Shown: piece by piece, positions 11,801-22,915 of the stretch
How positions within the stretch are numbered: position 1 is the stretch's first letter
Layout: each line of letters begins with the position of its first letter
Assembly (NCBI GenBank): GCA_963789265.1
Contig: CAWBKB010000005.1
Location: 320,001-384,000 of the forward strand
Origin: an uncultured delta proteobacterium
GTDB taxonomy: Bacteria > Desulfobacterota > Desulfomonilia > Desulfomonilales > Desulfomonilaceae
DNA: 64,000 nucleotides
Direction of reading: 5' to 3'
Notes under the pieces: generated by a model
The model's database searches: none
Seen by the model: the letters and a program-made list of their open reading frames with translations, nothing else
Told to the model about the DNA's origin: nothing
Translations under genes and position numbers: made by a program

Positions 11801-13956
11801 TTTGAGATCCCCGCGCGGCGTCCACATTTCCCAGATTCGTCAAGACATCTGCTTCGCCCCTTTTGTCGGACAAGTCCCGATATACCGTAAGAGCCTGTTC
11901 CAGGTCTTTCTGAGCCTCGGCCAGTCGATTGCGGTGCCTGAGAAGGTTCCCTATGTTGGCAAGAGTAGCCGCGTAACCTCTGCGGTCGCCTATCCCCTTA
12001 CGCATTTCCTGAGCTCTTCGGAAGTTCCGCATAGCTTTTTCTTGATCACCCAAGCTCTTGAAGTGGACCCCAAGGGCTGTAAGATCGCTCCCCTCCCCAA
12101 AACGGTCCCCCATAGTTCGGTGTTCGGTCAGGGCCTGCCCTAGCAGGTTGAAGGCCTTCTCCCGCTCTCCTCTCAATTCGTAAATCAAGCCCATGAGATT
12201 GTCGCAGTCCGCGGCGCCTCTACGATCATTTGTCTGCGTGAAATCCTTGCGGGCTTGGGCCGCGTCCTGCAAAGCCTTTTGGTAGGTCTCTCTATCAAAA
12301 CGGTACCTAGCCACCGCCAGGCCCAACAGGCTCTTAGAACGGCGGTTTATGCCGGCCTTGGCATCTTCCACTGCCTCTTTGAGAACCCTCGAAGCAGATT
12401 GCGCGTCTCCTGTACTTGTGTAGATTTCTGCCAGAAGCATCCTGGAGAGAACGCTCTGATTTCTGTCATTGATCTTCTTCGCCGCTGCAAGGGCCCGCTG
12501 GCCGTATTCCAAGGCTTTCTGGACAAAGCCTTGCCGATAATAGGCCTCACCTATCAAATTCATGGCAGCGGCTTCGCCGCCACCGGAAGATAATTGCCGA
12601 AATTGCTGCAGGGCTTTTCCTCCCAGTTCCAGGGCTGATTCAAATCGGGATCGGTCCAGTTCCAGCTTCCCTAGCAAGAGACGCACGCGCTCTGCCATAA
12701 TGCGTTCCCCTGCTTCTTCGTAACGGTTGAGGGCATCCCTGAGATTCTTTACTGCTTGGATGAGCTTTCCCTGGTTATAGGCATCCATCCCTTTGACCAC
12801 TAAAGGGAGCGCAGTGGCTGCCGCGTCGTTTTCTCCGTCCATCATGGATCGGCCTTCTTCCACAGCCTTTCGGGCGGCTGCAAAGTCTCCCTTGGTCTGA
12901 TCCAGATAAGCTATCCTAAACAGGGTGTTTCCCAACTTCTTTGGACGTTTAAGGTTTCGGTAGATGCTTTCCGCTTTTTTGAAATTGGCACTGGCGGCCT
13001 TATAATCGGACCGTGAAACTTGGATCTCTCCGATAAAGACGCTTACTCTTGCAACGGATTCATTGTCCCCCGCTTTCGCGTACATATTAAGGAGTCGGGT
13101 GTATGTGCTGATAGCCTCGGGGTCATGGTGGAGTCTCAGGTAAGAGGCTGCCATGTCCTCAAGCAGCTTTGGCATTTCACCAGCTTCAGAATTGGGGATG
13201 ATCTTGAGTGCCGATTCAAATGATTTCAAAGCCTGGGCATAGTCGGATTGGGCCATTAGTATTCGGCCGGCAAGAAGATAGTCGAGACTTCGGGCCTGAG
13301 CGTTTCTTGGTTGCAAGATTTATTTTAATGGCACGGTTAATATATCCTAGGGCCTTACGGTCGCGGCCGAGTTGGTGAGCCATGCGGGCTGCGCCCCCGA
13401 GGGCCGCAGCCATGAGTTTTTGATCCGAGACGGCAGAGGCCCTTTTTAAGGCAAGCTCGTAAATTTCCAGAGACTTTTCGTCCTCCGCTGTCTTTGCCAG
13501 TTTGCCTGCCTTTGTCAGCAGGCCGGCGATACCCTCGGCCTTACTCGATTCGGCCGGTTTTGAAGTATTTGTGGTATCAGGCTTCTTCGCCTCTCCCTTT
13601 TCTTGGCTCACACTACCGGGCTCTTTGCCCCCGGCGGATTCACTGGCATTCACCTTCTGTTTAGGCGGAGAGATCATTCCCGCCGGCGGGATGGGTTGCG
13701 AAGACTTCCCCTGAGTGGTCTGCTTTGCAGCCTTCGACGGCTGGTCGACCGAGTGATGGGGCGTATCCCTGGGCGTATCGAACTTGCTTTCGCGGGCCAT
13801 CAGCGCTTCAATAGGAGTTTCTTTGAAAGCGGAGACCCCATTCGCCTGGGCAAACAGTAGAGACGATCCGGAAGCGTAGGAGGCGTACGAAACTGCGACG
13901 AGCATAATAGCAATCGCTCCGGAAATCAGAAGGCGAGTCTTGAATGGTTCGATCAT
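8844..13956 (-). CDS. Large exported TPR-repeat plus CHAT-domain protein (caspase-like protease), split by 3-4 frameshifts
   Basis: ORFs 13216..13956 (signal/anchor), 10767..13316 and 10013..10903 (TPR repeats) and 8917..9990 (CHAT: IPHGPLAALPFE, HLATHG, VVSSC, AFLFAG, WQVND, HPFYWGPF) join into one gene. A further frameshift near 8917 would extend it to ...SAWKKLLHF (stop at 8844). Confidence 0.85.
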
Positions 13957-13993
13957 CTTCCCTTCACTTTTGGATCTAAGAGCAGCCCGCTTC

Positions 13994-14809
13994 TCACGAC
14001 GCGTCGGGCGATTTGGGATGGGTCCCAGGGCTTACGCGGTGACTATATACGAAAAGCCCGATTGCGGCCGAGATCATGAACAGGCAAAGAATCTGCCCCA
14101 TAGTTAACCCGTCAACAATAAATCCAAGTTGAGGGTCAGGTTCACGGAAGAATTCCACGCAAAACCGGAAAACTCCATAGGCCAGAAGGAAGGTGGCCAA
14201 GACCTCGCCCGGGCGCTTGGTCCTCAGCCTGAGCCACCACAGAAGGCCAAAAAGAACGGGACCTTCAAGGCATGCCTCGTATAGCTGGGAAGGATGGCGA
14301 GGAAGGTTGCCGCCCCCGGGAAAAACGATCCCCCATGGCACAGTAGTAACTCTGCCGTAAAGCTCACCGTTGATAAAGTTTCCGATTCTGCCCAGCATCA
14401 AGCCGACTGGAGCCGCTAGGGCTCCGATATCCGCAAGTTCCATGAAAGGAACCTTACGGCGCCGTGTATAGATGAGACCGGAAATCACCATTCCTGTGAG
14501 CCCGCCGTGAAAGCTCATGCCGCCGTGCCATATAAAGAAAATTTCCCACGGCGCTGCTAAATAACTTTTCAGATTGTAAAAGAGCACATATCCAAGTCGA
14601 GCGCCGATCAATAGACCCACGATGAGGTAAAACAATAGGTCGTCCGCGGCTTCAACCGGTATCGGTCCTTTTTTCCGTTTCAATTCGTATTTAATGATGA
14701 AATAGGCGCATGCAAATCCCAGCAAATACATAAGCCCGTACCATCGTACTTCCAGCGGGCCTATATGTATAAGGACCGGATTAATAAAAGGATAAGCAAA
14801 GAAGTTCAT
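13994..14809 (-). CDS. lgt: Prolipoprotein diacylglyceryl transferase
   Basis: VRWYGLMY, GARLGY, GGMSFHGG, GRIGNFINGELYG, RHPSQLYE and EFFREPD. Confidence 0.96.
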   Translation of the reverse strand: MNFFAYPFINPVLIHIGPLEVRWYGLMYLLGFACAYFIIKYELKRKKGPIPVEAADDLLFYLIVGLLIGARLGYVLFYNLKSYLAAPWEIFFIWHGGMSFHGGLTGMVISGLIYTRRRKVPFMELADIGALAAPVGLMLGRIGNFINGELYGRVTTVPWGIVFPGGGNLPRHPSQLYEACLEGPVLFGLLWWLRLRTKRPGEVLATFLLAYGVFRFCVEFFREPDPQLGFIVDGLTMGQILCLFMISAAIGLFVYSHRVSPGTHPKSPDAS

Positions 14810-14888
14810 GAGAAATCCCGCACCCTGATTTTGATCGGCCAATATGCGCAAGTGGTAAGCGTCATGGATCACACACCATTCGAGCAAG

Positions 14889-15710
14889 TCATGACTTGGC
14901 CTGGGGGCATTCCGCCTGATGGGCCTTTCCCTGGGCCATATGAATTGCATTGCTGATCTTTCGAAAAATTCCGCGGATGATCTTGGCGTCGCGCTCCTCC
15001 ATGTCAGCGCTGTTAAGAATGCGCCGGATGTCACGCATCATTCGTAGCGGATTGGACCGATCCAAGAACCCGACTTGAAGAAGAACACTCTCGATATGTT
15101 CGTACATATTTTCGCGGACCTTTACCGACGCGGGGCGAAGTCTCATCGCCTGAAATCCGACAGGACTGCACGCAATTCTGAATATTTCAGACGCGGTGAC
15201 GGCAGCGGCATGGGCCACGTTCATTGAAGCAAATTCTGCATTTGTGGGTACGATCATGTGATCGGTGCACAGCTTCAGTTCGTCGTTAGTGAGCCCTCTC
15301 GATTCACGGCCGAAAACACAGGCAACCGGCCCGGTCCGGGCGCATTCCATAAGACGCGGAATCACTTGATCCGGTGTCTGTGCCGTGATGCGCTTCCCTC
15401 CGAGTCGGCCCGAAGTGCCGACGGCCATAAGAGTATCTGCCAGGGCTTCGCGCAAATTAGCTGAGAACCGAGCCTCTTCCACAATGTCGTATGCTCCGGA
15501 AGCCATTGGATGAGCTTCCGTTTCCGGACCGCACGGAGTTGAAGAAACCAATGTGAGATTCCTCAATCCCATATTTTTCATAACACGGGCAACTGCACCG
15601 ATATTACCGGCATGGGTGGTTCCGACTAGGACAATCTGCACGTTTCTTAAGGGATTCGCCCAATCGGGATGTACTCTGAATCCCCTCTGCACGCTTCTCG
15701 ACGGCTTCAT
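14889..15710 (-). CDS. trmJ: tRNA/rRNA 2'-O-methyltransferase, TrmJ/LasT (SPOUT) family
   Basis: GNIGAVARVMKNMG, VFGRESRGLTNDEL and SMNVAHA. Confidence 0.85.
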   Translation of the reverse strand: MKPSRSVQRGFRVHPDWANPLRNVQIVLVGTTHAGNIGAVARVMKNMGLRNLTLVSSTPCGPETEAHPMASGAYDIVEEARFSANLREALADTLMAVGTSGRLGGKRITAQTPDQVIPRLMECARTGPVACVFGRESRGLTNDELKLCTDHMIVPTNAEFASMNVAHAAAVTASEIFRIACSPVGFQAMRLRPASVKVRENMYEHIESVLLQVGFLDRSNPLRMMRDIRRILNSADMEERDAKIIRGIFRKISNAIHMAQGKAHQAECPQAKS

Positions 15711-15997
15711 AACTAAAGCGGCGCCCCAGACTGCAATCCGGCCGGTCCCTGCTCGAAGGGAACGGCTCCTGACACACCCTGCGATCCGAGGACTTCGACC
15801 CGGCCCAATGAACTCGACGTTTTCACTTCTTTTTCCGAATCAGCCGTGAAGGTGTAATCTGAGACATACAGGGCCGGACTTTTCCCGGCCGCAATGAAAC
15901 ATATAACCGCATAAGAGCATTGTCAATAGATATCAAATTACAAGAAATATTTGCTAATGCTCATGATTATGCAATCCATTCAGTATTCTTCAATTCA

Positions 15998-16975
15998 TCA
16001 GGAATGGTAGGCCGAGTCGGATGAGAAATCATTCCGATTGTACACGTCTGTAAGCTCCTGTAAAGTAACTGATTCCGCTGCAATCTCAGTACGAAGCCAG
16101 GAGAAAAAGCTGTCCAGTTTGTCCAGAAAATGTTCTACATCACCATTGGTCGGATGCTGCGGGCAGCCGCCAGGCATAAGTTCCGACGAGTGAAAAAAAA
16201 TCGTCAGTACTCGACCGCCTCGTTTGCGGTGCATCAACACAGCAGCCTTCAGTCTTCGCAGCCCCATCCACATGGGCTGAGCCGGCAGCGCTGCAAGATC
16301 CAGAGGTATCCTGGAGATCCACTTCTCGGGGACCGCGGTGTTCTTTCCCAGCCGGTCCAGGAACAAGCTCAAGCGGGGTATCAAGGGGACAATGGTTACC
16401 GGAGCCTCCAATATGTGGGAGATGCCGGATCGTGCAGGATCTTCCGGGTCGGGGAAATACGGATCCGAGGGAGCATAGCGATGATCGGGTCCCCCGTAAT
16501 ATCTGTGGGTGGGAGCTATACTGCTGTCCACACGGACCCCGGTTCTTTGCAGTAAACCGAACATCTTGGGTCCCATGTTGAAGCGTCCCATGCGGAAAGA
16601 TGCCGGATTGATACCCATTGGCTTGAAAGCTGCCAGGAGATTCTCCAACTTGGCCTCGAGGAGCCGTTCGGGCATCAATTCTGAGGGGACAGGATCCGGG
16701 AATTGCAGTGACATCAGTGGAGGAGTATTCCAATGATGCAGATGAGCTCCGATTTCAGCCGACCACTTTTCTTTGAGTTGGAGCAGCAAATCTTGGTGAA
16801 ATTGATGACGGATAATCTGATAGGTAACCAGCAAAGTGGGCCGTATGCCCCATTGACGGAAAGTGGAGTCCAGCCTGCTAAGCGCCGGCACGTTGCGTAC
16901 CGGCGCATCCCCGGATGGGTATTCGCCTTGAAACAGGCCTTCTTCTTCAACATCAATCGTGACTGCGAGCTTCAT
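15998..16975 (-). CDS. Polysaccharide deacetylase family protein (WalW-like)
   Basis: TIDVEEE, EIGAHLH, SFRMGRF, VDSS and FHSSELMPG. Confidence 0.8.
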   Translation of the reverse strand: MKLAVTIDVEEEGLFQGEYPSGDAPVRNVPALSRLDSTFRQWGIRPTLLVTYQIIRHQFHQDLLLQLKEKWSAEIGAHLHHWNTPPLMSLQFPDPVPSELMPERLLEAKLENLLAAFKPMGINPASFRMGRFNMGPKMFGLLQRTGVRVDSSIAPTHRYYGGPDHRYAPSDPYFPDPEDPARSGISHILEAPVTIVPLIPRLSLFLDRLGKNTAVPEKWISRIPLDLAALPAQPMWMGLRRLKAAVLMHRKRGGRVLTIFFHSSELMPGGCPQHPTNGDVEHFLDKLDSFFSWLRTEIAAESVTLQELTDVYNRNDFSSDSAYHS

Positions 16976-17182
16976 GAGAAATTTTTCGAACCTGTGCCAT
17001 TCATCCTAAAATTTGCAATGATATCATTTACCCAACGAGTTGGGAAGAATCGAATCATCAGGCGCGGCCAAATGCCTTGGCTTTACGTGCCGAGGTCATC
17101 GCTCAAAGTTGCCGGGAGAGGGATCTTGACGCGCGCCCGCAGGCATAGGTACTAAACTGGGGGTACATGACCCATATCAAGC

Positions 17183-18451
17183 TTGCGAAAATTTTCCGAT
17201 AAGGGGTGCGTATTGGGCCTTCCTAGAACGGCGTACATACTCTTGTGGTTTCCTAAGCCTTCTGAAACTTTCATCTTCAGAGAAGTTTTAAATCTTTGGA
17301 AAATGGGACTGCCTCTTAAGGTTTACACACTTTACGGTGAATTGAAGAAACAGCTTTCTCCGGAAATGTGGAGCGTATCCCAGAAAGTGGAACGGCTGGG
17401 TATTCCTTACCTGAAGCGGGCTCCCGGCGATTTGTTCTATTGGTGGAAACGTAAGCCCCAAACCGTGAACCGGCTCTTGCGAACTGTTCCGGTGAGGAAA
17501 TGGAGATCTTTAGAGGTAGGCGGCGAAAATATATGGGCTTTTTTTTGCGGGTTCACTCTTGCTCGACGCTTTGAGGAAGAAGGCATCGAGCACATTCATG
17601 CTCCTTGGGCCAACGGCCCTGCGACCGCTGCGTGGGTGGCGTCCAGACTTACGAATATCCCTTTCAGTTTTACCGGCAGAGCGGTAGATATATATCCGCC
17701 TGACGGGGCCCTCAAGGAAAAGATTCGGGACAGCCTTTTCGTGACCACGGAAAACATGATCAATGTCGGATACTTGCAGAGTTTCACTAATGGCGACAGC
17801 AACAAGATTTACGGCATATATAACGGACTTCCACTGGAACGCCACGAAGATGCACCAGTACCCATGAAACCGCCGTACCGTCTCTTGGCTCTGGGACGAT
17901 TTAGTAGGATCAAAGCCTTTGACGTGCTCCTATATTCCTGCAAAATACTAAAGGATAGCGGGCTGAGCTTTCATCTCACCCTGGCCGGAGATGGTCCTCG
18001 CAGGATACTCTTTAAGCATCTCGTAAAGAAATTGGGACTCGTGGATCTGGTGTCTTTCCCCGGATTCGTCCCCTACAATCGAGTGTCCGAGTTGTTCTGT
18101 TCGACCGATGTCTTTGTTATGTCCAGCGCTGTGCATTCGACCGGTGAACGGGATGGCCTGCCTACAGTCATTTTGGAAGCCTTGATGCATCGCGTGCCCG
18201 TGGTATCAACCGATGTTTGCGGTATTCCCGAGGTAATTCAAAATGGTATTACAGGTTTTCTGGTGCCGCAGAAAAACGCTACCGCGCTTGCCAATGCTAT
18301 AACTAAGATGGTCGGCAACAGAGAAGCGGCCCTGGAAATGGCCGAGAGAGGTCGATCTCTGGTTGTCAGGGAATTCGACCCGGAACGGAACCACGGCAAA
18401 ATGCTGGATCTTTACCGTAACCTTGCACAGCTTCCTCGCAGGACAAGTTAG
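17183..18451 (+). CDS. Glycosyltransferase family 4 (WcaL/AmsK-like)
   Basis: FPKPSETFIFREV, HIHAPWA and DGLPTVILEAL...GIPEVI. Start position uncertain. Confidence 0.88.
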   Translation: MRKFSDKGCVLGLPRTAYILLWFPKPSETFIFREVLNLWKMGLPLKVYTLYGELKKQLSPEMWSVSQKVERLGIPYLKRAPGDLFYWWKRKPQTVNRLLRTVPVRKWRSLEVGGENIWAFFCGFTLARRFEEEGIEHIHAPWANGPATAAWVASRLTNIPFSFTGRAVDIYPPDGALKEKIRDSLFVTTENMINVGYLQSFTNGDSNKIYGIYNGLPLERHEDAPVPMKPPYRLLALGRFSRIKAFDVLLYSCKILKDSGLSFHLTLAGDGPRRILFKHLVKKLGLVDLVSFPGFVPYNRVSELFCSTDVFVMSSAVHSTGERDGLPTVILEALMHRVPVVSTDVCGIPEVIQNGITGFLVPQKNATALANAITKMVGNREAALEMAERGRSLVVREFDPERNHGKMLDLYRNLAQLPRRTS

Positions 18452-18645
18452 TTTCAGCCCGGCGCGGTGCAAAATGGCGCCCGCATTGTCAAAGCATTTT
18501 GGCGCAGTACAATGCACCGACGTGCGTGCCGTGAAAGTCGGGCCGACACTCAGATCGTCCCTCACTTATCTGCGGCTATGTCATCTCCATGAAAACGCAT
18601 CGGTGTGATACGATCAAACCGGACTGCTTAGAATTTGGATAACGT

Positions 18646-19749
18646 ATGGAACGAAAACTCAGACCTCCTTTCCGCACGGTGCTATTGCTTCAGGATCTGG
18701 AATTCGGAGGCACTCAGCGCTATGCGGTCCAATTGCTCAAGAACCTGGATCGCAACTTATTTGCTCCCGAATTGTGGGTCTTGAGAGGGGGAAAGGACAT
18801 GCTCCCAATGGCGGAGGAAGCGAACGCGAAGGTCGTTTTCCTTTCGCTATCCCGGTGGGTGGGACCGCATGCTCTCGCACACCTTTTCTGGCGGCTCATG
18901 CGTAACAGACCGGACATTCTTTACACTCTCACGGGGGTTCCCAGTATATGGGGGCGACCTTTGGGAAGGATCGCACAAGTACCCGTCATTATTGCCAGTT
19001 GGCGGAGCCTTGTGGAAAAGCAGTTGGAGTCGATATTGTGGCCTTTAAGCACTCGAATCGTATGCAATGCCGATGCGCTGAAGGGGATCGTTGTGCGGTT
19101 GCACTCCGTGGACCCTAGTCGAATTGTGGTGGTGCCAAATGCTGTTCCGGCGGATTTCTTCACCCCGGATAATGGCCCCAAAACCGAAGAGCCTACCGTG
19201 TTGTATGTGGGCAGACTCGAACCGGAAAAAGACCTTCTGACCTTGCTTGAGGGGTTCAGGCTGGCCAGGCAACGAATTCCAAACGCTCGACTGAATATTG
19301 TCGGAAACGGGAAACTGAAGTCGCAGATCGAACGCTTTATCCGTCGCGCCTCACTTGACACCTCGGTGCGCTTGTTGCCCGGACGCCCGGACATAAGGCC
19401 CTTTTTGAGACAGGCCTGGGTGTTCGCTATGACGTCAATTCGAGAAGCATCACCCAATGTAATGCTGGAAGCGATGGCAACTGAGCTCCCGGTCGTGGGA
19501 ACACGAGTAGGGGGCATTCCCGAACTGATTCAGGATGAAGAGACGGGCTTAGTCGTCGAGCCGCAGAATACAGCGGAACTTGCGGATGCACTGACGCGCC
19601 TTCTCAATGATGAACAGTTGAGGCAGTCCATGGGTAGAAAGGGCAGAGAGCGAGTTCTCGCCTTTCATACAATGGGAAGAATGATTGGCGAAACTCAGCA
19701 AGTTTTCATGGAAGCGGTGAAAGAAGTAGCCCAAAACGGCAGGCGTTAA
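18646..19749 (+). CDS. Glycosyltransferase family 4
   Basis: GGTQR, VGRLEPEKD and EASPNVMLEAMA...GGIPE. Confidence 0.9.
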   Translation: MERKLRPPFRTVLLLQDLEFGGTQRYAVQLLKNLDRNLFAPELWVLRGGKDMLPMAEEANAKVVFLSLSRWVGPHALAHLFWRLMRNRPDILYTLTGVPSIWGRPLGRIAQVPVIIASWRSLVEKQLESILWPLSTRIVCNADALKGIVVRLHSVDPSRIVVVPNAVPADFFTPDNGPKTEEPTVLYVGRLEPEKDLLTLLEGFRLARQRIPNARLNIVGNGKLKSQIERFIRRASLDTSVRLLPGRPDIRPFLRQAWVFAMTSIREASPNVMLEAMATELPVVGTRVGGIPELIQDEETGLVVEPQNTAELADALTRLLNDEQLRQSMGRKGRERVLAFHTMGRMIGETQQVFMEAVKEVAQNGRR

Positions 19750-19928
19750 CCAAAAGGATAGCAGTTCCACGATTGAGGATTCTGTCTCCGCAGCCGCTTC
19801 GAAGAGAGCAACGGCGGCAAATTATAAGAGTTTTTGCATGCATGCTCTTTTTGTAAAATGGTCCGGCCGGCTCGCCCTTCAATAAGAATTCATATTTCTC
19901 GCAATCATCTATAATTTAAGGATTTCGA

Positions 19929-21674
19929 ATGCACGGGAATTTCAGCCGCACCATTCACCTACTTTATGTGTTGCTCGCGGCCTCAGCCGTGTATGCCTGC
20001 GCTCACTGGCCCGCGCTGACAAACCCCTATGTCGTTGACGATGATGTGCGCCAGCAAATCTTCTGGATGCAGCAATGGCGTGACCCTGAGCTTTACCGCA
20101 ACGATCTGTTGACGGAATACGCGAAAAGCTACGTTCCGTGGGGTGTCCAGGCGATTTATAGAGCAGCCGCCCCTTTCATGAATCCTGTCCAGTTTACGAA
20201 GGTCCTCACCGGTCTTTTGTTCGTTATTACTGCGGGATTACTATATGGGATAGGTCTTCAGTTTCACGACGATCTGACAGCGGTATTCATCGGCTGCACC
20301 TTTTGCATCATGGGACATTTTATGAGCAAAATTTCCGGAGGTCTGTCCCAGAGCTTCGCTTTTCCCCTGCTGGCTGCATTCCTTTTTTTCCTGGGCCGAA
20401 ACAACCTGATCGGAGTGGGGATACTGGTACTCCTCCAGTCGATTCTTAACCCTTATATCTTCCTTCTTTGTTTCGTCACGTACGGGGTATTTCTTGTTTA
20501 CAACATTGGAAAGATCGTTCTGCATTGGCTCCGGAGCAAAGGGTACTTCATTTCCTCTCCCCAGTGGGCCGTGGCTTCGAGTCGGAAAGAGACGCCGGGT
20601 GACCCGGGGCCCGGGTTCTTCTCAAACCTTACGTGCGAACTTCGAACGTCATACATTCCGCTTCTATCCGTGGTCTTGGGCGGCCTTCTGGTGATGACGG
20701 GTTGTATACTGATCTTATTGAAATATACCGTTTACGCCCCGCAAGAATTTGGGCCGCTTGTCACATGGGCAGATATGGTCGGCAAGCTCGAATATTCGGC
20801 AGCGGGGCGCTACGAGCTTGTGCCGATTCCCTCACTGTTCCATGAGTTGATTCGTCCGTGGATTTTCAATTTGCCATTTTTAACCTGGGGACCGCTTGTA
20901 GCATGGATTTTGGCAATTCCGGGAATCGCTCTTATCATTTTTGGCCTGGTTCGGGGCAAGTGGGTTATTGATCTCGCGGGTTTCAGGGTCTTCGGTTATC
21001 TCTTTGTCGCCTCCTTGATTTGTTATGTGGCAGCTTGCGCTCTCATCTTTAAGTTGTTTGTGCCGCGACGGTATGTGGAGTTTTCTCTCAATATATTCTA
21101 TTGCGTGGCCATAGGCGCGTGCATAAGGGCAGCGCTGGGAGCGCTTGTGCCTGATCGATTAACGTTCCCCCTCGCAAGTACGCTCTTGATCGTCTTGGCG
21201 GCTTTTTCGCTCTATCGCACAGGGATATACGACTACTCCAGGGACGCTGCCTTGTACAAGTTCGTGCGATCAACGCCTAAATCGAGTCTCATGGCAGGTA
21301 ATCCCTCGTTGATGGATAATGTGCTCACTTTTGGTCGACGGAAAGCTTTCGTCACGTACAAGCTGTCACACACGTGGTACAAAACCTACTGGAAAATAGT
21401 AAAGAAGAGGACTTTCGATCTCTTCCAGGCATATTATGCTCAGGATCCGGAAGTGGTTCGCCAATTCTGCCGGAATAACGGGATTGATTACCTGATTGTC
21501 AGGGACGCGGATTTTAAACCGGACTATCTGAGAAAAGGTCAAATCGATTTTGAACCGTTTGATAGCTACATTCGGCGCCTCGTCAAATTCCGGTCGCATT
21601 TTGCAGTCCTGGACGGGAGAACTTTTCCTCCCGTCTATGATAAGGATGGCATCCGGGTAATTAAGATGCGCTGA
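19929..21674 (+). CDS. Multi-pass membrane protein, possibly a GT-C-fold glycosyl/modifying transferase
   Basis: About 11-12 hydrophobic segments, an acidic DDD motif in the first loop and a soluble C-terminal domain; follows two GT4 genes. Confidence 0.55.
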   Translation: MHGNFSRTIHLLYVLLAASAVYACAHWPALTNPYVVDDDVRQQIFWMQQWRDPELYRNDLLTEYAKSYVPWGVQAIYRAAAPFMNPVQFTKVLTGLLFVITAGLLYGIGLQFHDDLTAVFIGCTFCIMGHFMSKISGGLSQSFAFPLLAAFLFFLGRNNLIGVGILVLLQSILNPYIFLLCFVTYGVFLVYNIGKIVLHWLRSKGYFISSPQWAVASSRKETPGDPGPGFFSNLTCELRTSYIPLLSVVLGGLLVMTGCILILLKYTVYAPQEFGPLVTWADMVGKLEYSAAGRYELVPIPSLFHELIRPWIFNLPFLTWGPLVAWILAIPGIALIIFGLVRGKWVIDLAGFRVFGYLFVASLICYVAACALIFKLFVPRRYVEFSLNIFYCVAIGACIRAALGALVPDRLTFPLASTLLIVLAAFSLYRTGIYDYSRDAALYKFVRSTPKSSLMAGNPSLMDNVLTFGRRKAFVTYKLSHTWYKTYWKIVKKRTFDLFQAYYAQDPEVVRQFCRNNGIDYLIVRDADFKPDYLRKGQIDFEPFDSYIRRLVKFRSHFAVLDGRTFPPVYDKDGIRVIKMR

Positions 21675-21685
21675 ATGCCAAACTA

Positions 21686-21817
21686 CTATTTTTTGAGCCC
21701 CCGTTTTATTTTCCAGTTCTGATACGAACTGAACAGCGACGGCCCCAAAAGAATGAACGCAAATATGAGGATCCCGGCCAAAACCACAAAAATGATAAGC
21801 GCATCAGCATGTTCCAT
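21686..21817 (-). CDS. Putative 43-aa single-pass membrane microprotein
   Basis: Manual translation MEHADALIIFVVLAGILIFAFILLGPSLFSSYQNWKIKRGLKK: one clean transmembrane helix and a basic tail. Confidence 0.5.
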   Translation of the reverse strand: MEHADALIIFVVLAGILIFAFILLGPSLFSSYQNWKIKRGLKK

Positions 21818-21901
21818 GTTACATTAATATCCCTTCTGCCGACCGGCCCGCATTACAATGTATCGGCACAATACTACTAACCAACGGGATAGACGAGACT
21901 C

Positions 21902-22915
21902 ATGAGTAACATAAACCGAATCCAAGTTCCAATTCCTTATCCTGTCAAATGCGTAAACTGCTATTACATCCCGGGTGCTCTCCCGACTTTGATCGATACC
22001 GGCGTAAGCACAGACGAAGGCCTGGAGACGATCCGGTCCGCAATAAGAGCTCTAGGCGGAAGACTCCGCGACGTTCGCAGGGTAATCGTGACTCACAGCC
22101 ACATGGATCATGTCGGGCTCGCCGGAAGAATTGCTCAAATCAGCGGGGCAGAGGTATTCCTACATCAATGGGACACTCTTCAATGGGCTGACGGCCATGA
22201 GGGTCAATTCAGCAGCAAGCAGGAAGATTTTCGGTCATTTTTTGTGGAAGCTGGGATTCCTCACGAGCTCATTGATGAATTGATCGAATTGATCCTCTCA
22301 CGTTATCGGAGGCGGTGCAGCCCGATTGCCGCCGAGACGATGATGCCAAACGGCATGGTTTTCGAGTTTGACGACTTCGAGCTTGAGGTTATCCACACGC
22401 CCGGCCACAGCCCCGGTTCGGTATGTCTTTTCAACGGGGCTGACGGTTCCCTGTTTTCCGGCGACACTCTTTTGCCGGAGATAATCTCCAATCCCACGAT
22501 AGAAAAGAGCGGGGCCGGCAATCATAAGAGCCTGGTCAGCCATCAATCGACGCTTCAACTGATAGAGGGTCTCGCCGTCAAGACTGTATTTCCCGGGCAT
22601 GGGACGCCTTTCGAGAATCTCAAGGCTCGCATCGAGAGAATACGGGGCCACCACCGCAGGCGCAGCAATCAGTTGTTGCAAATTCTTGAGCAGAACGAGG
22701 CTTACCCGGAGAATTACACCGAAATGACTCAGTTTATGGCGGCAACGAAACTTCTTGGCTCCCTATCCGGACTAGACATCTTCTTTGGGGTTTCTTCCGT
22801 CAGAGGATACCTCGATGCCCTGGAAGAGCAGGGGCTTGTCACGCGGTTCAAAGAAGGCTCCGAGCATGTCTACCGGCCGGCCGGTAGAGGACGGCTCATG
22901 GATAGCAAGTGTTAG
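21902..22915 (+). CDS. MBL-fold metallo-hydrolase with a C-terminal winged-helix-like tail
   Basis: THSHMDHVG, HTPGHSPG, SGDTL and PGHG. Confidence 0.88.
   Translation: MSNINRIQVPIPYPVKCVNCYYIPGALPTLIDTGVSTDEGLETIRSAIRALGGRLRDVRRVIVTHSHMDHVGLAGRIAQISGAEVFLHQWDTLQWADGHEGQFSSKQEDFRSFFVEAGIPHELIDELIELILSRYRRRCSPIAAETMMPNGMVFEFDDFELEVIHTPGHSPGSVCLFNGADGSLFSGDTLLPEIISNPTIEKSGAGNHKSLVSHQSTLQLIEGLAVKTVFPGHGTPFENLKARIERIRGHHRRRSNQLLQILEQNEAYPENYTEMTQFMAATKLLGSLSGLDIFFGVSSVRGYLDALEEQGLVTRFKEGSEHVYRPAGRGRLMDSKC

Noticed and set aside
7535..13956. Sir2 plus TPR-CHAT as an anti-phage or Craspase-like system
   Set aside because: The sirtuin is a standard zinc-ribbon CobB type, the CHAT protein looks exported, there are no cas genes, and the neighbours are housekeeping genes.
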